NCBI GenBank assembly: GCA_964016885.1
Contig: OZ024744.1
Coordinates: forward strand, 14,942,001 to 15,006,000
Reading direction: 5' to 3'
Length of the DNA: 64,000 nt
Source: Eledone cirrhosa
Lineage: Eukaryota
Position 1 is the first letter of the stretch. Every line of letters begins with the position of its first letter. A program made the translations under genes and the position numbers. Under the pieces are notes generated by a model. It was not told where the DNA came from. It searched no databases and saw only the letters and a program-made list of their open reading frames with translations. Positions 15,001 to 28,329 of the stretch are shown piece by piece.

Positions 15001-18000
15001 CTCCAGCAATATGTAATGTAGATTATTCCAGCAATATGTAATGTATATTACTTCAGCAATATGTAATGTAGATTACTCCAGCAATATGTAATGTAGATTA
15101 CTTCAGAAATAGATAATGTAGATTACTCCAGCAATATGTAATGTAGATTACTCCAGCAATATGTAATGTATATTACTCCAGCAATATGTAATGTAGATTA
15201 CTCCAGCAATATCTAATGTATATTACTTCAGCAATATGTAATGTAGATTACTCCAGCAATATGTAATGTAGATTACTCCAGCAATATGTAATGTAGATTA
15301 CTCCAGCAATATGTAATGTAGATTACTCCAGCAATATGTAATGTAGATTACTCCAGCAATATGTAATGTAGATTACTCCAGCAATATGTAATGTAGATTA
15401 CTCCAGCAATATGTAATGTAGATTACTTCAGCAATAGATAATGTAGATTACTCCAGCAATATGTAATGTAGATTACTCCAGCAATATGTAATGTAGATTA
15501 CTCCAGCAATATGTAATGTATATTACTTCAGCAATATGTAGTGCATATTACTCCAGCAATATGTAACGTATATTACTCCAGCAATATGTAATTTAGATTA
15601 CTCCAGCAATAAGTAATGTATATTACTCCAGCAATATGTAATGTAGATTACTTCAGCAATATGTAATGTATATTACTCCAGCAATATATAATGTAGATTA
15701 CTCCAGCAATATGTAATGTAGATTACTCCAGCAATATGTAATGTATATTACTCCAGCAATATGTAATGTAGATTACTTCAGCAATATGTAATGTAGATTA
15801 CTCCAGCAATATGTAATGTATATTACTCCAGCAATATGTAATGTAGATTACTCCAGCAATATGTAGTGCATATTACTCCAGCAATATGTAATGTAGATTA
15901 CTCGAGCAATATGTAATGTATATTACTCCAGCAATATGTAATGTAGATTACTCCAGCAATATGTAATGTAGATTACTTCAGCAATATGTAATGTAGATTA
16001 CTCCAGCAATATGTAGTATAGATTATTCCAGCAATATGTAATGTAGATTACTCCAGCAATATGTAATGTAGATTACTCCAGCAATATGTAATGTAGATTA
16101 CTCCAGCAATATGTAGTGTAGATTACTTCAGCAATATCTAATGTAGATTACTCCAGCAATATGTAATGTAGATTACGCCAGTAAAATCTAATGTAGATTA
16201 CTTCAGCAATGTGTAATGTATATTACTACAGCAATATGTAATGTAGATTACTCCAGCAATATGTAATGTATATTTCTCCAGCAATATGTAATGTATATTA
16301 CTCCAGCAATATGTAATGCAGATTACTCCAGCTATATGTAATGTAGATTACTCCAGCAATATGTAATGTAGATTACTCCAGCTATATGTAATGTAGATTA
16401 CTGCAGCAATATGTAGTGTAGATTACTTCAGCAATATCTAATTTAGATTACTCCAGCAATATGTAATGTAGATTACTCCAGCAATATGTAATGTAGATTA
16501 CTCCAGCAATATGTAATGTAGATTACTCCAGCAATATGTAATGCATATTATTCCAGCAATATGTAATGTAGATTACTCCAGAAATATGTAATATAGATTA
16601 GTCCAGCAATATGTAATGTAGATTACTCCAGCAATATGTAATGTAGATTACTCAAGCAATATGTAATGTAGATTACTCCAGCAATATGTAATGTAGATTA
16701 CTCCAGCAATATGTAATGTATATTACTTCAGCAATATGTAATGTAGATTACTCCAGCAATATGTAATGTAGATTACTTCAGCAATAGATAATGTAGATTA
16801 CTCCAGCAATATGTAATGTAGATTACTCCAGCAATATGTAATGTAGATTACTCCAGCAATATGTAATGTATATTACTTCAGCAATATGTAGTGCATATTA
16901 CTCCAGCAATATGTAACGTATATTACTCCAGCAATATGTAATTTAGATTACTCCAGCAATAAGTAATGTATATTACTCCAGCAATATGTAATGTAGATTA
17001 CTTCAGCAATATGTAATGTATATTACTCCAGCAATATATAATGTAGATTACTCCAGCAATATGTAATGTAGATTACTCCAGCAATATGTAATGTATATTA
17101 CTCCAGCAATATGTAATGTAGATTACTTCAGCAATATGTAATGTAGATTACTCCAGCAATATGTAATGTATATTACTCCAGCAATATGTAATGTAGATTA
17201 CTCCAGCAATATGTAGTGCATATTACTCCAGCAATATGTAATGTAGATTACTCGAGCAATATGTAATGTATATTACTCCAGCAATATGTAATGTAGATTA
17301 CTCCAGCAATATGTAATGTAGATTACTTCAGCAATATGTAATGTAGATTACTCCAGCAATATGTAATATAGATTATTCCAGCAATATGTAATGTAGATTA
17401 CTCCAGCAATATCTAATGTAGATTACTCCAGCAATATGTAATGTAGATTACGCCAGTAAAATCTAATGTAGATTACTTCAGCAATATGTAATGTATATTA
17501 CTACAGCAATATGTAATGTAGATTACTCCAGCAATATGTAATGTATATTTCTCCAGCAATATGTAATGTATATTACTCCAGCAATATGTAATGCAGATTA
17601 CTCCAGCTATATGTAATGTAGATTACTCCAGCAATATGTAATGTAGATTACTCCAGCTATATGTAATGTAGATTACTGCAGCAATATGTAGTGTAGATTA
17701 CTTCAGCAATATCTAATTTAGATTACTCCAGCAATATGTAATGTAGATTACTCCAGCAATATGTAATGTAGATTACTCCAGCAATATGTAATGTAGATTA
17801 TTCCAGCAATATGTAATGTATATTACTTCAGCAATATGTAATGTAGATTACTCCAGCAATATGTAATGTAGATTACTTCAGAAATAGATAATGTAGATTA
17901 CTCCAGCAATATGTAATGTAGATTACTCCAGCAATATGTAATGTAGATTACTCCAGCAATATGTAATGTATATTACTTCAGCAATATGTAATGTAGATTA

Positions 18001-21000
18001 CTCCAGCAATATGTAATGTAGATTACTTCAGCAATAGATAATGTAGATTACTCCAGCAATATGTAATGTAGATTACTCCAGCAATATGTAATGTAGATTA
18101 CTCCAGCAATATGTAATGTATATTACTTCAGCAATATGTAGTGCATATTACTCCAGCAATATGTAACGTATATTACTCCAGCAATATGTAATTTAGATTA
18201 CTCCAGCAATAAGTAATGTATATTACTCCAGCAATATGTAATGTAGATTACTTCAGCAATATGTAATGTATATTACTCCAGCAATATATAATGTAGATTA
18301 CTCCAGCAATATGTAATGTAGATTACTCCAGCAATATGTAATGTATATTACTCCAGCAATATGTAATGTAGATTACTTCAGCAATATGTAATGTAGATTA
18401 CTCCAGCAATATGTAATGTATATTACTCCAGCAATATGTAATGTAGATTACTCCAGCAATATGTAGTGCATATTACTCCAGCAATATGTAATGTAGATTA
18501 CTCGAGCAATATGTAATGTATATTACTCCAGCAATATGTAATGTAGATTACTCCAGCAATATGTAATGTAGATTACTTCAGCAATATGTAATGTAGATTA
18601 CTCCAGCAATATGTAATATAGATTATTCCAGCAATATGTAATGTAGATTACTCCAGCAATATGTAATGTAGATTACTCCAGCAATATGTAATGTAGATTA
18701 CTCCAGCAATATGTAGTGTAGATTACTTCAGCAATATCTAATGTAGATTACTCCAGCAATATGTAATGTATATTACTTCAGCAATATGTAATGTAGATTA
18801 CTCCAGCACTATGTAATGTAGATTACTTCAGAAATAGATAATGTAGATTACTCCAGCAATATGTAATGTAGATTACTCCAGCAATATGTAATGTATATTA
18901 CTCCAGCAATATGTAATGTAGATTACACCAGCAATATCTAATGTATATTACTTCAGCAATATGTAATGTAGATTACTCCAGCAATATGTAATGTAGATTA
19001 CTCCAGCAATATGTAATGTAGATTACTCCAGCAATATGTAATGTAGATTACTCCAGCAATATGTAATGTAGATTACTCCAGCAATATGTAATGTAGATTA
19101 CTCCAGCAATATGTAATGTAGATTACTCCAGCAATATGTAATGTAGATTACTTCAGCAATAGATAATGTAGATTACTCCAGCAATATGTAATGTAGATTA
19201 CTCCAGCAATATGTAATGTAGATTACTCCAGCAATATGTAATGTATATTACTTCAGCAATATGTAGTGCATATTACTCCAGCAATATGTAACGTATATTA
19301 CTCCAGCAATATGTAATTTAGATTACTCCAGCAATAAGTAATGTATATTACTCCAGCAATATGTAATGTAGATTACTTCAGCAATATGTAATGTATATTA
19401 CTCCAGCAATATATAATGTAGATTACTCCAGCAATATGTAATGTAGATTACTCCAGCAATATGTAATGTATATTACTCCAGCAATATGTAATGTAGATTA
19501 CTTCAGCAATATGTAATGTAGATTACTCCAGCAATATGTAATGTATATTACTCCAGCAATATGTAATGTAGATTACTCCAGCAATATGTAGTGCATATTA
19601 CTCCAGCAATATGTAATGTAGATTACTCGAGCAATATGTAATGTATATTACTCCAGCAATATGTAATGTAGATTACTCCAGCAATATGTAATGTAGATTA
19701 CTTCAGCAATATGTAATGTAGATTACTCCAGCAATATGTAATATAGATTATTCCAGCAATATGTAATGTAGATTACTCCAGCAATATGTAATGTAGATTA
19801 CTCCAACAATATGTAATGTAGATTACTCCAGCAATATGTAGTGTAGATTACTTCAGCAATATCTAATGTAGATTACTCCAGCAATATGTAATGTAGATTA
19901 CGCCAGTAAAATCTAATGTAGATTACTTCAGCAATGTGTAATGTATATTACTACAGCAATATGTAATGTAGATTACTCCAGCAATATGTAATGTATATTT
20001 CTCCAGCAATATGTAATGTATATTACTCCAGCAATATGTAATGCAGATTACTCCAGCTATATGTACTGTAGATTACTCCAGCAATATGTAATGTAGATTA
20101 CTCCAGCTATATGTAATGTAGATTACTGCAGCAATATGTAGTGTAGATTACTTCAGCAATATCTAATTTAGATTACTCCAGCAATATGTAATGTAGATTA
20201 CTCCAGCAATATGTAATGTAGATTACTCCAGCAATATGTAATGTAGATTATTCCAGCAATATGTAATGTATATTACTTCAGCAATATGTAATGTAGATTA
20301 CTCCAGCAATATGTAATGTAGATTACTTCAGAAATAGATGATGTAGATTACTCCAGCAATATGTAATGTAGATTACTCCAGCAATATGTAATGTATATTA
20401 CTCCAGCAATATGTAATGTAGATTACTCCAGCAATATCTAATGTATATTACTTCAGCAATATGTAATGTAGATTACTCCAGCAATATGTAATGTAGATTA
20501 CTCCAGCAATATGTAATGTAGATTACTCCAGCAATATGTAATGTAGATTACTCCAGCAATATGTAATGTAGATTACTCCAGCAATATGTAATGTAGATTA
20601 CTTCAGCAATAGATAATGTAGATTACTCCAGCAATATGTAATGTAGATTACTCCAGCAATATGTAATGTAGATTACTCCAGCAATATGTAATGTATATTA
20701 CTTCAGCAATATGTAGTGCATATTACTCCAGCAATATGTAATGTATATTACTCCAGCAATATGTAATTTAGATTACTCCAGCAATATGTAATGTATATTA
20801 CTCCAGCAATATGTAGTCTAGATTACTTCAGCAATATGTAATGTATATTACTCCAGCAATATATGATGTAGATTACTCCAGCAATATGTAATGTAGATTA
20901 CTCCAGCAATATGTAATGTATATTACTCCAGCAATATGTAATGTAGATTACTCCAGCAATATGTAATGTATATTACTCCAGCAATATGTAATGTAGATTA

Positions 21001-24000
21001 CTCCAGCAATATGTAGTGCATATTACTCCAGCAATATGTAATGTAGATTACTCGAGCAATATGTAATGTATATTACTCCAGCAATATGTAATGTAGATTA
21101 CTTCAGCAATATGTAATGTAGATTACTCCAGCAATATGTAATGCAGATTACTCCAGCTATATGTAATGTAGATTACTCCAGCAATATGTAATGTAGATTA
21201 CTCCAGCTATATGTAATGTAGATTACTGCAGCAATATGTAGTGTAGATTACTTCAGCAATATCTAATTTAGATTACTCCAGCAATATGTAATGTAGATTA
21301 CTCCAGCAATATGTAATGTAGATTACTCCAGCAATATGTAATGTATATTACTTCAGCAATATGTAGTGCATATTACTCCAGCAATATGTAATGTATATTA
21401 CTCCAGCAATATGTAATTTAGATTACTCCAGCAATATGTAATGTATATTACTCCAGCAATATGTAGTGTAGATTACTTCAGCAATATGTAATGTATATTA
21501 CTCCAGCAATATATGATGTAGATTACTCCAGCAATATGTAATGTAGATTACTCCAGCAATATGTAATGTATATTACACCAGCAATATGTAATGTAGATTA
21601 CTCCAGCAATATGTAATGTATATTACTCCAGCAATATGTAATGTAGATTACTCCAGCAATATGTAGTGCATATTACTCCAGCAATATGTAATGTAGATTA
21701 CTTCAGCAATATGTAATGTAGATTACTCCAGCAATATGTAATGCAGATTACTCCAGCTATATGTAATGTAGATTACTCCAGCAATATGTAATGTAGATTA
21801 CTCCAGCTATATGTAATGTAGATTACTGCAGCAATATGTAGTGTAGATTACTTCAGCAATATCTAATTTAGATTACTCCAGCAATATGTAATGTAGATTA
21901 CTCCAGCAATATGTAATGTAGATTACTCCAGCAATATGTAATGTAGATTATTCCAGCAATATGTAATGTATATTACTTCAGCAATATGTAATGTAGATTA
22001 CTCCAGCAATATGTAATGTAGATTACTTCAGAAATAGATAATGTAGATTACTCCAGCAATATGTAATGTAGATTACTCCAGCAATATGTAATGTATATTA
22101 CTCCAGCAATATGTAATGTAGATTACTCCAGCAATATCTAATGTATATTACTTCAGCAATATGTAATGTAGATTACTCCAGCAATATGTAATGTAGATTA
22201 CTCCAGCAATATGTAATGTAGATTACTCCAGCAATATGTAATGTAGATTACTCCAGCAATATGTAATGTAGATTACTCCAGCAATATGTAATGTAGATTA
22301 CTCCAGCAATATGTAATGTAGATTACTCCAGCAATATGTAATGTAGATTACTTCAGCAATAGATAATGTAGATTACTCCAGCAATATGTAATGTAGATTA
22401 CTCCAGCAATATGTAATGTAGATTACTCCAGCAATATGTAATGTATATTACTTCAGCAATATGTAGTGCATATTACTCCAGCAATATGTAACGTATATTA
22501 CTCCAGCAATATGTAATTTAGATTACTCCAGCAATAAGTAATGTATATTACTCCAGCAATATGTAATGTAGATTACTTCAGCAATATGTAATGTAGATTA
22601 CTCCAGCAATATGTAATATAGATTATTCCAGCAATATGTAATGTAGATTACTCCAGCAATATGTAATGTAGATTACTCCAGCAATATGTAATGTAGATTA
22701 CTCCAGCAATATGTAGTGTAGATTACTTCAGCAATATGTAATGTAGATTACTCGAGCAATATGTAATGTAGATTACGCCAGTAAAATCTAATGTAGATTA
22801 CTTCAGCAATGTGTAATGTATATTACTACAGCAATATGTAATGTAGATTACTCCAGCAATATGTAATGTATATTTCTCCAGCAATATGTAATGTATATTA
22901 CTCCAGCAATATGTAATGCAGATTACTCCAGCTATATGTAATGTAGATTACTCCAGCAATATGTAATGTAGATTACTCCAGCTATATGTAATGTAGATTA
23001 CTGCAGCAATATGTAGTGTAGATTACTTCAGCAATATCTAATTTAGATTACTCCAGCAATATGTAATGTAGATTACTCCAGCAATATGTAATGTAGATTA
23101 CTCCAGCAATATGTAATGTAGATTATTCCAGCAATATGTAATGTATATTACTTCAGCAATATGTAATGTAGATTACTCCAGCAATATGTAATGTAGATTA
23201 CTTCAGAAATAGATGATGTAGATTACTCCAGCAATATGTAATGTAGATTACTCCAGCAATATGTAATGTATATTACTCCAGCAATATGTAATGTAGATTA
23301 CTCCAGCAATATCTAATGTATATTACTTCAGCAATATGTAATGTAGATTACTCCAGCAATATGTAATGTAGATTACTCCAGCAATATGTAATGTAGATTA
23401 CTCCAGCAATATGTAATGTAGATTACTCCAGCAATATGTAATGTAGATTACTCCAGCAATATGTAATGTAGATTACTCCAGCAATATGTAATGTAGATTA
23501 CTTCAGCAATAGATAATGTAGATTACTCCAGCAATATGTAATGTAGATTACTCCAGCAATATGTAATGTAGATTACTCCAGCAATATGTAATGTATATTA
23601 CTTCAGCAATATGTAGTGCATATTACTCCAGCAATATGTAATGCATATTACTCCAGCAATATGTAATTTAGATTACTCCAGCAATATGTAATGTATATTA
23701 CTCCAGCAATATGTAGTGTAGATTACTTCAGCAATATGTAATGTATATTACTCCAGCAATATATGATGTAGATTACTCCAGCAATATGTAATGTAGATTA
23801 CTCCAGCAATATGTAATGTATATTACTCCAGCAATATGTAATGTAGATTACTCCAGCAATATGTAATGTATATTACTCCAGCAATATGTAATGTAGATTA
23901 CTCCAGCAATATGTAGTGCATATTACTCCAGCAATATGTAATGTAGATTACTCGAGCAATATGTAATGTATATTACTCCAGCAATATGTAATGTAGATTA

Positions 24001-27000
24001 CTTCAGCAATATGTAATGTAGATTACTCCAGCAATATGTAATATAGATTATTTCAGCAATATGTAATGTAGATTACTCCAGCAATATGTAATGTAGATTA
24101 CTCCAGCAATATGTAATGTAGATTACTCCAGCAATATGTAATGATTACTCCAGCAATATGTAATGTAGATTACTCCAGCAATATGTAATGTATATTACTC
24201 CAGCAATATGTAATGAATATTACTCCAGCAATATGTAATGAATATTAGTCCAGCAATATGTAATGTAGATTACTTCAGCAATATGTAACGTAGATTACTC
24301 CAGCAATATGTAATATAGATTCCTCCAGAAATATGTAATGTATATTACTCCAGCAATATGTAATGTAGATTACTCCAGCAATATGTAATGTAGATTACTC
24401 CAGCAATATGTAATGTAGATTACTCCAGCAATATGTAATGTAGATTACTCCAGCAATATGTAATGTATATTACTTCAGCAATATGTAATGTATATTACTC
24501 CAGCAATATGTAATGTATATTACTCCAGCAATATGTAATGTATATTACTACAGCAATATGTAATGTAGATTACTTCAGCAATATGTAATGTATATTACTC
24601 CAGCAATATGTAATGTATATTACTCCAGCAATATGTAATGTATATTACTCCAGCAATATGTAATGTATATTACTCCAGCAATATGTAATGTAGATTACTT
24701 CAGCAATATGTAATGTATATTACTCCAGCAATATGTAATGTATATTACTCCAGCAATATGTAATGTATATTAATCCAGCAATATGTAATGCATATTATTC
24801 CAGCAATATGTAATGTAGATTACTCCAGAAATATGTAATATAGATTAGTCCAGCAATATGTAATGTAGATTACTCCAGCAATATGTAATGTAGATTACTC
24901 AAGCAATATGTAATGTAGATTACTCCAGCAATATGTAATGTAGATTACTCCAGCAATATGTAATGTATATTACTTCAGCAATATGTAATGTAGATTACTC
25001 CAGCAATATGTAATGTAGATTACTTCAGCAATAGATAATGTAGATTACTCCAGCAATATGTAATGTAGATTACTCCAGCAATATGTAATGTAGATTACTC
25101 CAGCAATATGTAATGTAGATTACTTCAGCAATATGTAGTGCATATTACTCCAGCAATATGTAACGTATATTACTCCAGCAATATGTAATTTAGATTACTC
25201 CAGCAATAAGTAATGTATATTACTCCAGCAATATGTAATGTAGATTACTTCAGCAATATGTAATGTATATTACTCCAGCAATATATAATGTAGATTACTC
25301 CAGCAATATGTAATGTAGATTACTCCAGCAATATGTAATGTATATTACTCCAGCAATATGTAATGTAGATTACTTCAGCAATATGTAATGTAGATTACTC
25401 CAGCAATATGTAATGTATATTACTCCAGCAATATGTAATGTAGATTACTCCAGCAATATGTAGTGCATATTACTCCAGCAATATGTAATGTAGATTACTC
25501 GAGCAATATGTAATGTATATTACTCCAGCAATATGTAATGTAGATTACTCCAGCAATATGTAATGCAGATTACTTCAGCAATATGTAATGTAGATTACTC
25601 CAGCAATATGTAATATAGATTATTCCAGCAATATGTAATGTAGATTACTCCAGCAATATGTAATGTAGATTACTCCAGAAATATGTAGTGTAGATTACTT
25701 CAGCAATATCTAATGTAGATTACTCCAGCAATATGTAATGTAGATTACGCCAGTAAAATCTAATGTAGATTACTTCAGCAATATGTAATGTATATTACTA
25801 CAGCAATATGTAATGTAGATTACTCCAGCAATATGTAATGTATATTTCTCCAGCAATATGTAATGTATATTACTCCAGCAATATGTAATGCAGATTACTC
25901 CAGCTATATGTAATGTAGATTACTCCAGCAATATGTAATGTAGATTACTCCAGCTATATGTAATGTAGATTACTGCAGCAATATGTAGTGTAGATTACTT
26001 CAGCAATATCTAATTTAGATTACTCCAGCAATATGTAATGTAGATTACTCCAGCAATATGTAATGTAGATTACTCCAGCAATAGGTAATGTAGATTATTC
26101 CAGCAATATGTAATGTATATTACTTCAGCAATATGTAATGTAGATTACTCCAGCAATATGTAATGTAGATTACTTCAGAAATAGATAATGTAGATTACTC
26201 CAGCAATATGTAATGTAGATTACTCCAGCAATATGTAATGTATATTACTCCAGCAATATGTAATGTAGATTACTCCAGCAATATCTAATGTATATTACTT
26301 CAGCAATATGTAATGTAGATTACTCCAGCAATATGTAATGTAGATTACTCCAGCAATATGTAATGTAGATTACTCCAGCAATATGTAATGTAGATTACTC
26401 CAGCAATATGTAATGTAGATTACTCCAGCAATATGTAATGTAGATTACTCCAGCAATATGTAATGTAGATTACTTCAGCAATAGATAATGTAGATTACTC
26501 CAGCAATATGTAATGTAGATCACTCCAGCAATATGTAATGTAGATTACTCCAGCAATATGTAATGTATATTACTTCAGCAATATGTAGTGCATATTACTC
26601 CAGCAATATGTAACGTATATTACTCCAGCAATATGTAATTTAGATTACTCCAGCAATAAGTAATGTATATTACTCCAGCAATATGTAATGTAGATTACTT
26701 CAGCAATATGTAATGTATATTACTCCAGCAATATATAATGTAGATTACTCCAGCAATATGTAATGTAGATTACTCCAGCAATATGTAATGTATATTACTC
26801 CAGCAATATGTAATGTAGATTACTTCAGCAATATGTAATATAGATTATTCCAGCAATATGTAATGTAGATTACTCCAGCAATATGTAATGTAGATTACTC
26901 CAGCAATATGTAATGTAGATTACTCCAGCAATATGTAGTGTAGATTACTTCAGCAATATCTAATGTAGATTACTCCAGCAATATGTAATGTAGATTACGC

Positions 27001-27600
27001 CAGTAAAATCTAATGTAGATTACTTCAGCAATATGTAATGTATATTACTACAGCAATATGTAATGTAGATTACTCCAGCAATATGTAATGTATATTTCTC
27101 CAGCAATATGTAATGTATATTACTCCAGCAATATGTAATGCAGATTACTCCAGCTATATGTAATGTAGATTACTCCAGCAATATGTAATGTAGATTACTC
27201 CAGCTATATGTAATGTAGATTACTGCAGCAATATGTAGTGTAGATTACTTCAGCAATATCTAATTTAGATTACTCCAGCAATATGTAATGTAGATTACTC
27301 CAGCAATATGTAATGTAGATTACTCCAGCAATATGTAATGTAGATTATTCCAGCAATATGTAATGTATATTACTTCAGCAATATGTAATGTAGATTACTC
27401 CAGCAATATGTAATGTAGATTACTTCAGAAATAGATGATGTAGATTACTCCAGCAATATGTAATGTAGATTACTCCAGCAATATGTAATGTATATTACTC
27501 CAGCAATATGTAATATAGATTATTCCAGCAATATGTAATGTAGATTACTCCAGCAATATCTAATGTATATTACTTCAGCAATATGTAATGTAGATTACTC
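1..27600. repeat. HOR domain A: basic unit of about 58-60 monomers (1450-1500 bp) with length variants
   Basis: Diagnostic variant TTACGCCAGTAAAATCT, with its G at 725, 2175, 4176, 5651, 7476, 9502, 10527, 13127, 14677, 16177, 17452, 19902, 22777, 25749 and 26999. It is followed each time, in the same order, by CTACAG, TATTTCTCC, ATGCAG, two CCAGCT, CTGCAG and ATCTAATTTA. Spacings of 1450, 1475, 1500 and 1550 give the basic unit; all spacings are multiples of 25 once the three indels are allowed for. Confidence 0.9.
2000..10510. repeat. Segmental duplication with offset 5301-5326 bp (about 2.0-5.18 kb repeated at about 7.3-10.51 kb)
   Basis: Private variants shared at an offset of exactly 5326: TTCTGCAATATAAAATG (3225/8551), the 1-bp insertion CCAGAAAATATG (3476/8802), ACGCC (4176/9502) and CCACCAAT (4852/10178). 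Further left the offset is 5301 (2175/7476), one monomer less. Confidence 0.88.
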
Positions 27601-28329
27601 CAGCAATATGTAATGTAGATTACTCCAGCAATATCTAATGTAGATTACTCCAGCAATATGTAATGTAGATTACTCCAGCAATATGTAATGTAGATTACTC
27701 CAGCAATATGTAATGTAGATTACTCCAGCAATATGTAATGTAGATTACTCCAGCAATATGTAATGTAGATTACTCCAGCAATATGTAATGTAGATTACTC
27801 CAGCAATATGTAATGTAGATTACTCCAGCAATATGTAATGTAGATTACTTTAGCAATAGATAATGTAGATTACTCCAGCAATATGTAATGTAGATTACTC
27901 CAGCAATATGTAATGTAGATTACTCCAGCAATATGTAATGTATATTACTTCAGCAATATGTAGTGCATATTACTCCAGCAATATGTAATGTATATTACTC
28001 CAGCAATATGTAATTTAGATTACTCCAGCAATATGTAATGTATATTACTCCAGCAATATGTAGTGTAGATTACTTCAGCAATATGTAATGTATATTACTC
28101 CAGCAATATATGATGTAGATTACTCCAGCAATATGTAATGTAGATTACTCCAGCAATATGTAATGTATATTACTCCAGCAATATGTAATGTAGATTACTC
28201 CAGCAATATGTAATGTATATTACTCCAGCAATATGTAATGTAGATTACTCCAGCAATATGTAGTGCATATTACTCCAGCAATATGTAATGTAGATTACTC
28301 GAGCAATATGTAATGTATATTACTCCAGC

